A DNA stretch of 64,000 bases from Selaginella moellendorffii. Lineage: Eukaryota > Plantae > Lycopodiophyta. The stretch is from contig NW_003314270.1 of assembly GCF_000143415.4 (NCBI RefSeq), positions 2,821,668 to 2,885,667 of the forward strand, given 5' to 3'. The position numbers and the translations under genes are program-made. The first letter of the stretch is position 1. Every line of letters begins with the position of its first letter. Of this stretch, positions 1 to 10,289 are shown piece after piece. The notes below the pieces were generated by a model. It was not told where the DNA came from, ran no database searches, and saw only the letters and a list, made by a program, of their open reading frames with translations.

Positions 1-3000
1 GCAACGGCTGTACACATGCATGTGCACGGGATGAGGCGGACCTGGTTGTGTGTGTGGGCGATCTCGAACTTGAGTTACAATCCTTGCAAGTGGTGCCGAG
101 TCAAGCTTTTGACCTCATTCTTGGTATGGATTGGTTGCAGCGCAATCATGCCAAGTGTGACTTTGAGGCTTCTCCCCCTTGTCTCATACTTCCTTATGTT
201 TCATTTATTCCTCTTACTTCTGTCCCTCTTCGTCCCTCTACTTCTACCTTTGCTTCCATTACTTTTGTTCCCCCACTATTTCCTCCTATATTTCCATCTT
301 GTTCTGCTCTTCCCTTTTTTGATCCCTCCGACGATCTTTGTGTTGCAGCGGTGGACCGGCTCATGAAGGAGTATTCTGATCTCTTTGAATTTGACCTATC
401 GTCTGGGGCCAAGATTGCCACACGTCATCCAATTCCAACCGGGGATGCTCGTCCAATCAAGGTTCCCGTTCGTCGTCGGTCACCCAAGGAGATCCGGATT
501 TTACGTGCAAATGTCAAGGAGATGTTGGAGAAAGGAGTTATTCGGAAGTCGTGGAGTCCTTGGGCATATGAACCTCATCTTGTGACGAAGCCTGATGGGA
601 GTATTCGTTTCTGCATCGACTATCGCCCGTTAAACGAAGTGACGATCCCAGATGTGTACCCTCTTCCTCACACTGCTGATCTCTTGGATCGTCTGGGGCG
701 AAGTCGTTGGTTCACCAAGCTAGATCTTGCTTCGGGGTACTGGCAAGTACCGATGGCCGACGAAGATATTCCTAAGACCGCTTTTCGTACATCATTTGGT
801 TTGTACGAATTTTTGGTGATGCCGTTTGGTTTGAACAATACTCCAGCAACTTTCCAGCGGATGATGGATGAGGTTCTTTGCGATATGCCGGAGGTGACTG
901 CTGACTTCATTGATGATGTCTTGATCCACTCGGAGGGGACGTGGGAGGAGCACGTTCGTGATGTTTGTAAAGTGTTGGATCGGCTACACGACGTTGGTTT
1001 AAAGCTGAAGCGGTCGAAGTGCATAATTGGATCCAAGGACACAACTTATCTTGGGTACCGTATTTCTCGTGAGGGTTTGCAAGTTGATCCTGACAAACTT
1101 GTGGCTATTCTAAAGTTCCTTACTCCGAAGTGTGTGAATGATGTGCAGCACTTCTTCGGCAAGGTGCAGTATCTCGAGCGTTTTGTGGATCATCTTTCTG
1201 ATCGCACTACACCATTGCGAGTGTTGCTGAAGTCATCAACGTCATCTTTCATTTGGTCTCCGGATTGTGAGCGGGCATTCGGAGATCTCAAAGAGTTATT
1301 GACAACTCCTCCGGTTTTGGCATATCTTGACTACACTCGACCTTTTATTTTGCGCATGGATGCTTCTGACATTGGTCTTGGAGGTGTGTTGATGCAAGAG
1401 AGCTCGAGTGTGCCTAGTCAGTGCCATCCCATTGCATATATAAGCCGTACATTACAACCAGTGGAGATGAACTACTCCACAACAGAGAAGGAGTGTTTAG
1501 GGGTTTCGAGAAACTTCATGCATATCTACATGGTTATCGGACGTTACTTGAAGGTGACCATATTGTTGTTACTTCGTTATTAAAGCGGAAGAACCAGGTT
1601 GGTCGTACTGCTTGGTGGGCTTTGAAGCTTCAGATATATGATTTTGATGTTGTTCACCGCCCAGGGAGTTCTATGGCTGATGCTGATGCCCTTTCTCGAG
1701 CTCTTCTTCCTTCTTCACTCTCTTCTCATGTTTCTGACGAGCTTGTCGTTCCAGCATCTGTGGATTTTCTAGACGAGGATTCTGTGCCGTCGGCAGTTGC
1801 TGTACTTGACGTTCAATGTCCACAAGGTGCAGAGCAAGATCTACCTTCCCTTGATGAGGTTCGCGAGGCTCAAAAGATTGAGCCATGGATTCGAAGGCTT
1901 CGAGATGGGTTTGAGAATCCTGCATCACTTGCTGATGACTTGCCTTTCCGGCATTTACATTCTCAATATCGTCTTGAAGGTGGCCTTTTTTATTTTGTGG
2001 GGACAGATCCTGATGATCATTTACGGCTGGTGGTGCCTTCTATCTTTATTCCGTGGTTTCTCCATGCCTACCATGATTCTCCTATTCTATGTGGGCATAT
2101 GGGACATCGTTGTGTAATCGAGAAGCTACGCAAGTCTTTTTATTGGCCGGAGATGCGACATGATATTATCCGATATATGTGTAGCTGCGTTTGGTGCCAA
2201 GCTCGTAATACTCCCCCTCGGGTTGCAGAAGGACGGTTGGAGTTAATTGCAGTTTCCCGTCTGTTTGAGTTGGTGGCGTTTGATCTTATGGGACCTTTTC
2301 CACGGTCGACTGCTAGCAATGAGTATGTTATTATTGCTTCTGACTATTTGACTCGTTGGGTGGAAGTTGGTGCTTTTGCTAGTGCCTCTGCAACTGTTGT
2401 TGGATACTTCCTCCTTAATCGAGTGGTATTCCAGCATTCTTGTCCAGAGCAGATTCTTTCAGATAATGGTCCCGCATTTATGGCTAAGGCATTTTATGTT
2501 TTGACGTCTCGGTTGGGGATTCGCCACATTTTCACGAGTGCTTATCATCCACAATCAAACAGTTTGGTGGAACGGCTCGTTCGGACGTTCAAGGGGATGA
2601 TTGCGAAGTATGTGAACTTTCAGCATTCGGATTGGGATGGTTATTTGCCGTCTCTTCGGTATGCATATGTCACTGGGGTGCAGAGTTCTGTTGGTGCTTC
2701 ACCATATAAACTCCTATATGGTCATGATCCAATATTACCAATGGAGCTGGGTTTACCTTCGCAATTGCCACAAGCTGTAGATGCTAGGTCATGGGATCAA
2801 TATTTGACAAGCCTTCTTCCACTTGTCCGAGCGGAGTCTGCTGAACACTTAAGCCGCGTACAAGTGGGACAAAAACAGCGTTACAACTCCCATCATCGTC
2901 CACCTACAGAGTACAAAGTGGATGATTTGGTGTTAGTCCATTTTCCCCATCTTACGGTATGTGGTTTATCTAAGGGGCTCCTTGCACAATGGAAAGGACC

Positions 3001-3205
3001 ATATCGGGTGTTGCGGCAAGTTGGACCACAAGTTTATGAGGTTCGGCATGACGTCCAGCAGTCCGATCCTCCAGAGATTGTGCATGTGCAGCAGTTGAAA
3101 CGCTTTATACAAAGGGATCAGGAGCAGTTAATACCACCTACAAATCCGCCGATGCCTCCTCCTGACGTTCCTCCAGATCCCAGCCCGTCTACAAGAGAAC
3201 CCTGA
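1..3205 (+). pseudogene. pol: Gypsy pol polyprotein with a frameshift near 1500
   Basis: ORFs 48-1583 and 1421-3205 switch frame in RNase H at ECLGV/FEKLHAYL, where the usual VVWA residues are missing (small deletion). Confidence 0.9.
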
Positions 3206-3222
3206 TGGTCTGCCATTATTCC

Positions 3223-3237
3223 AAGATGAGGGGATGA
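3223..3237 (+). promoter_or_regulatory. Polypurine tract of the Gypsy element
   Basis: AAGATGAGGGGATGA directly before the TG that starts the LTR. Confidence 0.8.
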
Positions 3238-3413
3238 TGTGAGGGCCAAGCGTACGGTTACGATGCCGTATACTAATATTAGCGTAGTGGGATTTTGGTA
3301 GCCGTCAGATTGGTTTCAATCCGGACCACTCGCTCTTGTATATAAGCTAGGATTTTTGGGCTAATTGATATACACATTTTCTGTATTCCCTTTCCATATT
3401 CCAAGCACTCACA
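3238..3413 (+). repeat. 3' LTR (176 bp)
   Basis: Ends are TGTGAG...CTCACA inverted repeats with an internal TATATAA. Sequence after 3413 matches the uninterrupted site at 11028. Confidence 0.85.
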
Positions 3414-4460
3414 TGGACAGGCTATAACTTAAATAGTATGGAAAGGTGGTTTTAAAGAATTATAAGGAATAACTTTGTTTCTCTTTCTCTTTTCTGTCAA
3501 CATTTTTGGTTCTGAATCCAAGCAATTCATGGATTCAGAACGCATACTCTAAGGTTTGAATTTAAACACATACTTGACCAATTTGGTTTTAAATCTAGAT
3601 TTGAATCACAAATTCTTCATGCTCTTCGTGATCAAGTTTTGATTGTTCATTTTGCATTTTGCGGATGTCGGTGTTCGATGTCGAAAAAAATGGAGCCATA
3701 TGGAGGGTTTAAGTTCCATTTCGTGATTATACTATGGTAAATCACCATAAGATAAAGGGTAAAAACCATGTGTGCTACATTTGGTATCAGAGAATGAGTT
3801 TTGACAAATACTATCTAATGAGATTGGATAACTAATTTCATTGCATACGCATAAATGAAAATGATGATCCGAGTGGTACACATTTGAGTGCAAAGGCTTT
3901 GCAATCATTCCTCGAGTATGGTTCTGGTTACCTTTTTATACTATACTATGTGAGTTTGCTTTGAGGAGTTCCGTTTGCACGAGTTTGCACTTGGACTCAT
4001 AAGTGAGGCACATTAGCAACTCAAAGTTACATTTTGAGTTGGCAAGATTAATATTAACCTATTGGTGATTTCATGAGTTGTTCCATGTACCGTGGGTGAA
4101 AGTAAACCTCCCATGGGTTTGCTATGAGTGGCAAATAGGCTAGTCTGTAGTTATTTAGCACGGTGCTAGTAGATCCTTCCTATACATGATTATAAGTGGA
4201 TCAATCAAGACTGTAGTTGGTTCAAGTAATCATTATTGCGCTCTCTCATAAATTTTTCTCAGATTAATTGAAGGCAGTGCAAACGCAAGCTTGAGGTTTG
4301 GTCAAAGATGAAACTGAAAAAAGAGTTATCAGGGACGAAGGATCAAACACGTAAATCATCTCTTCTTCTTTGAGATATGATTTGCAACAAAGAGTGACTC
4401 ATTGCTCATGTTCACATCATACAATCAAAAATCCCTACATTGATGCATGTTGGAAATAAT

Positions 4461-5113
4461 TGTAACGCATGTGATCATAGGATGAGATTTGGATATACTG
4501 TCACCGTGGATCTTTGGAACTTTGGGGGATAAATGGGGATAAAATAGCTACCAAGGGCTCTCTCATCAAACAATTGCCCCTTTTCTAGTTGGCTTAAGGG
4601 GAGAGAAATAAGGTGTGTTACAGTTGGTATCGAAACAAATGGCATGGGTTCGATTCCCATTGATTAGTGGCTACTTAAAAATATAATATACCCTTGAGCA
4701 AGGTATATTCCTACCCTTAAATTTGAAATCGTACGTATTAGGCATCCATGCGTACGTCCTTCCTCTTGTGTGGGTATCCACGGACGAAGATATCCACCGT
4801 GGGATTGCGGTACCACGGGGTTGTTAGTCAATAGTCAATGAGGACATTGACATCTCTGAAGGAGGGGTGAGTGTAGACATGTGATCATGGGATGAGATGG
4901 ATACTACTCAGTAGGGGTTGTTAGTCAATAGTTAATGAGGACATTGACATCTCTGAAGGGGGGTGAGTGTAGACATGTGATCATGGGATGAGATTTGAAT
5001 ATACTGTCACCATGAATCCTTGGAACCTTAGGGGATAAATGGGGATAAAATAGCCACTAAGGGCTTTCTCATCAAGCAATTACCTTAAGGGGAGAGAGAT
5101 AAGGTGCGCTACA
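4461..5113 (+). mobile_element. TRIM (terminal-repeat retrotransposon in miniature)
   Basis: LTR1 4461-4622 (TGTAAC...GTTACA), PBS TGGTATC at 4625, non-coding interior, PPT GAAGGGGGGTGAG, LTR2 4968-5113. Target duplication ATAAT/ATAGT. The empty site GGAAATAATGGTCTT is in copy B at about 12080. Confidence 0.9.
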
Positions 5114-5885
5114 ATAGTGGTCTTACAAGTAGTCAATTCTTTTCTGGGGAACTTTGCTATTGCCCCTTGAGTAGCTTGGTGTTGGATTAATTTTGAATTT
5201 GGTCGAAAAGAGAGTGGCATGAACTTGTCCATGTTATGAATAAAAGTTAGTGGTGTTAAATGTTGTAAATCTCTATCAGTGGGGTGTGGCATTTATGTTG
5301 CATTTTGTCAAATCGAGTTGGCACTTGATAGTCATATAAACCTTTATAGTAATAACATGGGAGTTGCTCGTGGTGTTACTCAATTGATAATCAAGTCATT
5401 GTGATTTCTATATCATATCCATGTGATAATGAGCAATGCGTTTACGAAGTTGCTTGGTTAAACGATGATCAACCCCAAAATGGTTGATGGTGAGGCTAGT
5501 CTACTTACATGTAGTAGCATTGTAATAACTTTGATTGAATTGTCGAAGATGATCCATTATGCTAAGCTTAAATTGATTTTTTGTTTCTTTAAGTTTGCAT
5601 ATTAAGGTGTTGGAAAAGGTTATAACATTCACTTATTATGGCTTGTTAGTTATCTATTAGCACTTAGAGTAGATTGTTGGATGGAGAAGATGTGTATTTA
5701 GGGCATTAACATCATTAGCAGTTGTGTTTGTGGAAGCAGCATTGTTATTTCAAGTGATGAAGAATTCTTCTTAGAACTTGATTTTCCATGCCATTTTTTT
5801 TGTTCGTGTTTTGGGCTTCACATTGGATCTTGAAGTTGGTTCAAGAAAAGTGTTAAGTGTAATGTAGATGTCCGAAGATGTGGTC

Positions 5886-6351
5886 TTTGTGATCAAACCT
5901 TGGATATTCATTTTATATTTTGCAAATATCGGTATTAGATGTCAAAAAAAATAGGTAAAAATGTTTGATGCTTAGCATGCTATTGGATCACAAGAATTTA
6001 TGTTAAGATGAACCTATGTAAAGTTGTTAGTAGAAGGAAGTTGGTTGAGTCTTGAAAGTTTTCATTCCTAAACTGAGAGTCATTCTTTTTTTAGGACGGA
6101 AAATTTTCCACAAATTTTCTTAAACTTTTCCAATGGCCGATCTGGATCTGGATCTAAATTGGCCATTGGAAAAGTCTAAAAAAATTTGTGGAAAATTTTC
6201 CATCTTAAAAAAGGAATAACTCTTCACCTTAACACAAATTCTTGTGATCTAATAGCATATTAAACATCAAACATTTTTGCCTATTTTTTTTTACATCCAA
6301 CATCGACATCCACAAAATGCAAAATGAACATCCAAAGCTTGATCACGAAGA
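5886..6351. repeat. Long foldback inverted repeat (about 460 bp) with a (GATCTG)n centre
   Basis: Inner arms about 6076-6140 and 6158-6223 (GGAAAATTTTCCACAAATTTT...CCAATGGCC / GGCCATTGG...AAAATTTGTGGAAAATTTTCC). Outer arms about 5886-6012 and 6223-6351. Confidence 0.85.
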
Positions 6352-7728
6352 GCATGGAGAATTTGTGATTCAGATCCAGATTTAGAACCAAATTGGTTGA
6401 GTATGTGTTCAAATTCAAACGCATACTCAAATTCATGCATACTCGGATTCAGATCTAGATGAAAACTTTATTTTTGGACTCAACTTGACTAAATATTAAA
6501 CTTGCTGTTTTTAATCTAATTTAAAAAACGTTTATGAAAGAATACAATAGTGACCATTTGAACCTTGATCCATTTATAATCATACATAGTAAGGATCCAC
6601 TATTGTCGTATTAAACAGTTATGAACCAATTTATTTACCACCCATAGCAAGCCTATAGGAAATTTATTTTTACCTATGATACTATAGTAATAACTCATCC
6701 AATAAGTTACATTAATCTTGTCAACTTATTAAATTGCTAATGTGTCTAGTACATCTCAATAAGTACAAGAAAAACTTTATATAATATGGTAAATAACTTC
6801 TTGAGAAATCCAAATTCAAAAGTTTACATTTGAGGATCATATGCTTAAATTGATATTGTGCATATCATAAGACTTAATCAAAAGAGAATACCCAATTTGA
6901 AGCAAATAATATTGAGTGAATTTTGTAGTATTTAAACTAAAAAATGCTTAGCCCTAAATATTCTCAGATTCTAATCTCTTTATATTGAAACCTTAATGAG
7001 ATTTCTGAAATTGTTCTCTTTAACTATTTACAACTAAATTTTTTTATCGTTTATATATAAATAAACAAATGAGATAATATTTCAATAGACTTTATCACAA
7101 AATATTTTAAGGAAATAATATTATCTAGATTGTTATGGATTAGTTTCTCAATGAAGATGACAATTTAAACTTTTAAACTGATTATGGAATGATTAAGATC
7201 TGCAAATAGAAAGTTCACTGTAAACCTATTTCACAAAGACCTTGGCAAATATATAACATTATAAGCAAATGTGTTACACAGACATGCTTGGCAGCAGTCG
7301 TGCCATTCCCATCACAATCTCTTAGCATGAAGGCTGAATGCGTTCAGCCCTGAAATTGAACGTTCCATGCTTGATCTGGGAGTGGGACGTCTGTGATATT
7401 TTGGGATGAAATCATTGCAATGATCTGATATTCTCTCACAGTAGAATTAGTGCTCGATATGGATAATCAAACTGGCAACATTTTCCAAAGAACATGAGAT
7501 AATCCTAAAGCTTATATAGCATACCTTTCTCGATGGATCTTAGTTGTTCTTATCCATTGTTCATGAATGGTCCTAGTACCAAAATCCATGTTTTCCACTG
7601 CCTTGCTTGATGATAACTCTTTGTAGCTTGCGAATGGCGTGAACACACAGTTCAATTATGATTCATGGGTAGTTAACCACATAGGAAATGGATCTTCTAA
7701 CCATCTCAGGCAGGTTTTAGAGCACGAT

Positions 7729-9350
7729 ATGAAGAACAGCTCGGCTTGGATCATCGGAGCGCTGCTGCTCGCCGCGCTTGCTAATGACGCTAGTGAGTTT
7801 AACTCTCTTGCTTGTTCTGGGTTTACTGTCAAGACCTTGTTTGATCTCGACAAGCACTCGGTAAATGCCTTTGGCTTGTATATGGACCTGCGGAACAAGT
7901 TTGTGTTGGCGCTCGATTCTAGTGGCAATCGTATATGGAAGCTGAGACTGCCACTCTCGCACGCTGCTGACGATCTGGAAGAGGCGCCACTCGCTGCACG
8001 GGGAATTCTCGACTGGAGTAAGCACAGAGGCTTTTCTTATAAAGCGTAAGAGTTTTTTTTTCCTCTAGATAGCAGCTTGGAAGCTCTTGCCGGTTCACTC
8101 GTGGGGGAGTCCGGCTATGTCGACGGCCCCGCGGCAAAGTCACTTTTTANNNNNNNNNNNNNNNNNNNNNNNNNNNNNNNNNNNNNNNNNNNNNNNNNNN
8201 NNNNNNNNNNNNNNNNNNNNNNNNNNNNNNNNNNNNNNNNNNNNNNNNNNNNNNNNNNNNNNNNNNNNNNNNNNNNNNNNNNNNNNNNNNNNNNNNNNNN
8301 NNNNNNNNNNNNNNNNNNNNNNNNNNNNNNNNNNNNNNNNNNNNNNNNNNNNNNNNNNNNNNNNNNNNNNNNNNNNNNNNNTTAGGTTGGCGTGTTCTTG
8401 TGGCTCCTTACTCATAGCCGATCGCGGGAACCGGTTGATTCGCGAGATACAAATCGATGATCCAAAGTCGTGTGATTCAAGCGATTCAGCCGTTTCAGGT
8501 GACTTCTCATCCTTTACCAGGATTTTTTTCTTTCGATTGGATTTAAAACTCCTGCTTTTTGTTGATTTCATGATCAGGACCACAAAAATGGGCTTTAATT
8601 CCCGTAGTGCTGCTTGGCATCTGTCTGGGGATGCCTCTGGGAGCTTTTACAATCTGGAAGATACTTGATCAGCGGTGCCGGCAAGTAAGTTTCACGAGCA
8701 AAGCTGGTGACTCTTATGAAAATATTTCTAGGCAGGCGATCAGCTGGGAAACACTGAAAGATTGCTGGCGGACGTTCCGGAGGACGATGATCTGCAAGTT
8801 CGGCAGCAGAAGCGAACTTGCTAGCGCCGTCTTTAGTCTTTTCCTGCTTGTATGTCATCAGGCACAGCTCCTCGCGTCTGTCTTCTTTGGTGTTGCACAC
8901 GAAGTAAAAACGAAGCCAACTGCGCCTGTCAAACAAGATCAAGACCTCCACTCTCTCCTTGGAAACACGAAAGATGAGCCTCCAGACCTCATTGATTTCA
9001 TGGACTTGGAATCTTCTGTTGCTCCTTCTCGCCCTCTTTCTTTTCCGGATTCGAGGAATTTGACTATGGAGCTCGAGTGTTTGGAGAAGTTCCAGCAGGA
9101 ATTCAAGGACAAGCGCAAGCACAGCTAAGAATGTGCTCACACAAGCTTTGTTTTTCCACTCTTCTTGAATAGTCCATTGTTTTACAAATAGGTTGACGCT
9201 CATGTTCCGGCGGAAGGCGTTCCTCCGGCGAGGAGATGGACGAGCTCGAGTTCCAACGATCTGGTGACCGAGTACCAGCAGTACCGGGACGCTTCCATGA
9301 CGACGATGACTTTGGGGAGGATCCAACTCGCCTCGCAATCCACAGCGTAA
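7729..9350 (+). CDS. NHL-repeat membrane protein, copy A (multi-exon, possibly a pseudogene; spans an N gap)
   Basis: Signal peptide MKNSSAWIIGALLLAALA, then LALDSSGNRIWK, AGSLVGESGYVDGP, SLLIADRGNRLIREI, a TM segment and PPDLIDF. Confidence 0.7.
8150..8380. other. Assembly gap
   Basis: Run of N. Confidence 0.99.
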
Positions 9351-9446
9351 AAACCATTCTCTTTTTTCACAAAGACAAAAGTATTACTATTTTTTTCCAA
9401 GTCAAGGGTTAGGTTATACTTTCTCGCTTGGATTTTTCTATTCGAG

Positions 9447-10289
9447 ATGTCGGAACGCGCGGTTTCGTCAGGTATGGATGCTTCTCTCCATCAAGAAGCT
9501 ATGGTCTCTCGTGATCATGGGCCTCCAACGCTTGGCCGCCGAGCTCCAGCGCCCTGGCATGGCGGCCATCACCGAGCTTCACACCCGCGAGCTCCAGCTC
9601 CAGCTCCAGCGCATCGAGCAGCACATGGACACCACCGTCCTCGAGCATCTCATGGAGGCCACGAGCCAGCGCCAGCTTTAGCTCCAGTTCTTCAAGGTGG
9701 CGCTCCAGTTCCAGCTCCGGCTCCAGCGCCAGCTGCTTTCGTTCATGCTCGCGGCCACCACCCTGGTGATCGAGCTCCAGCGCCTCGCCACCACGATCCA
9801 GCTCCAGCAGCAGCGGTGTACCATCATCATCACGGTGATGGAGCTCCTCTGGTTGTTCACCACCATCACCATGGTCACCATCATGGAGGCCACCACCATC
9901 ACCATGGTCACCATCATGGAGGCCGCCACCACCACCACCACCACCACCACCATCGTCGCGACGGTCACAACGCAGCGATGGCCACACCGACACCCGCGGC
10001 AGTGGTTACAGTGGCTCGGAGGACGCCCTGGTCGCTGCTCCCGCTTCTTCTCTGGGTTTTGGTTGCGATCTTGGTGCTGCTTGCGTGCTGTTTGCTAGTG
10101 CGATGGATGTTATCTCGAAGGAAACAGCGCAGGAATGCGATCTTTCAGGACCCTCAGTGGCGGATCGAAGTGACGAATCCTCTGGCAGTTGTGGTGGACG
10201 ATTCTCTGACTGAGAAGAAAGAGCCCGAGTGGAGGATTAAAGTGCTAAACGCACAGGAGGAAGACGATTCTCTGACTATGAGCTTGTGA
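9447..10289 (+). CDS. His-rich, Ala-Pro-repeat single-pass membrane protein (AGP-like), copy A
   Basis: Intact 280-aa GC-rich ORF with APAPAP repeats, poly-His, a hydrophobic TM (LLPLLLWVLVAILVLLACCLLV) and a basic stop-transfer segment (RRKQRR). Confidence 0.75.
   Translation: MSERAVSSGMDASLHQEAMVSRDHGPPTLGRRAPAPWHGGHHRASHPRAPAPAPAHRAAHGHHRPRASHGGHEPAPALAPVLQGGAPVPAPAPAPAAFVHARGHHPGDRAPAPRHHDPAPAAAVYHHHHGDGAPLVVHHHHHGHHHGGHHHHHGHHHGGRHHHHHHHHHRRDGHNAAMATPTPAAVVTVARRTPWSLLPLLLWVLVAILVLLACCLLVRWMLSRRKQRRNAIFQDPQWRIEVTNPLAVVVDDSLTEKKEPEWRIKVLNAQEEDDSLTMSL

Larger units (their letters stand above)
1..3413 (+). mobile_element. Ty3/Gypsy LTR retrotransposon, 3' portion (non-chromoviral type); 5' part lies outside the window
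   Basis: Domain order is protease tail (LILGMDWL), RT (RFCIDYR, LDLASGYWQV, MPFGL, FIDD), RNase H (DAS, NYSTTEKE, DADALSR) and integrase (H-H-C-C zinc finger, D..D..E, WKGPY). No chromodomain. Followed by a PPT and an LTR. Confidence 0.96.

Noticed and set aside
1421-1583. Programmed ribosomal frameshift in pol
   Set aside because: The shift is in the middle of RNase H and removes conserved residues, so it is a disabling deletion.
4644-4660. tRNA gene
   Set aside because: Only a T-arm is present; I could not find a D-arm, anticodon arm or acceptor stem.
9478-10098. Alternative-frame and antisense ORFs over the His-rich gene (also 16593-17219)
   Set aside because: By-products of GCTCCA and CAC repeats; only the 280/282-aa frame gives a coherent protein.
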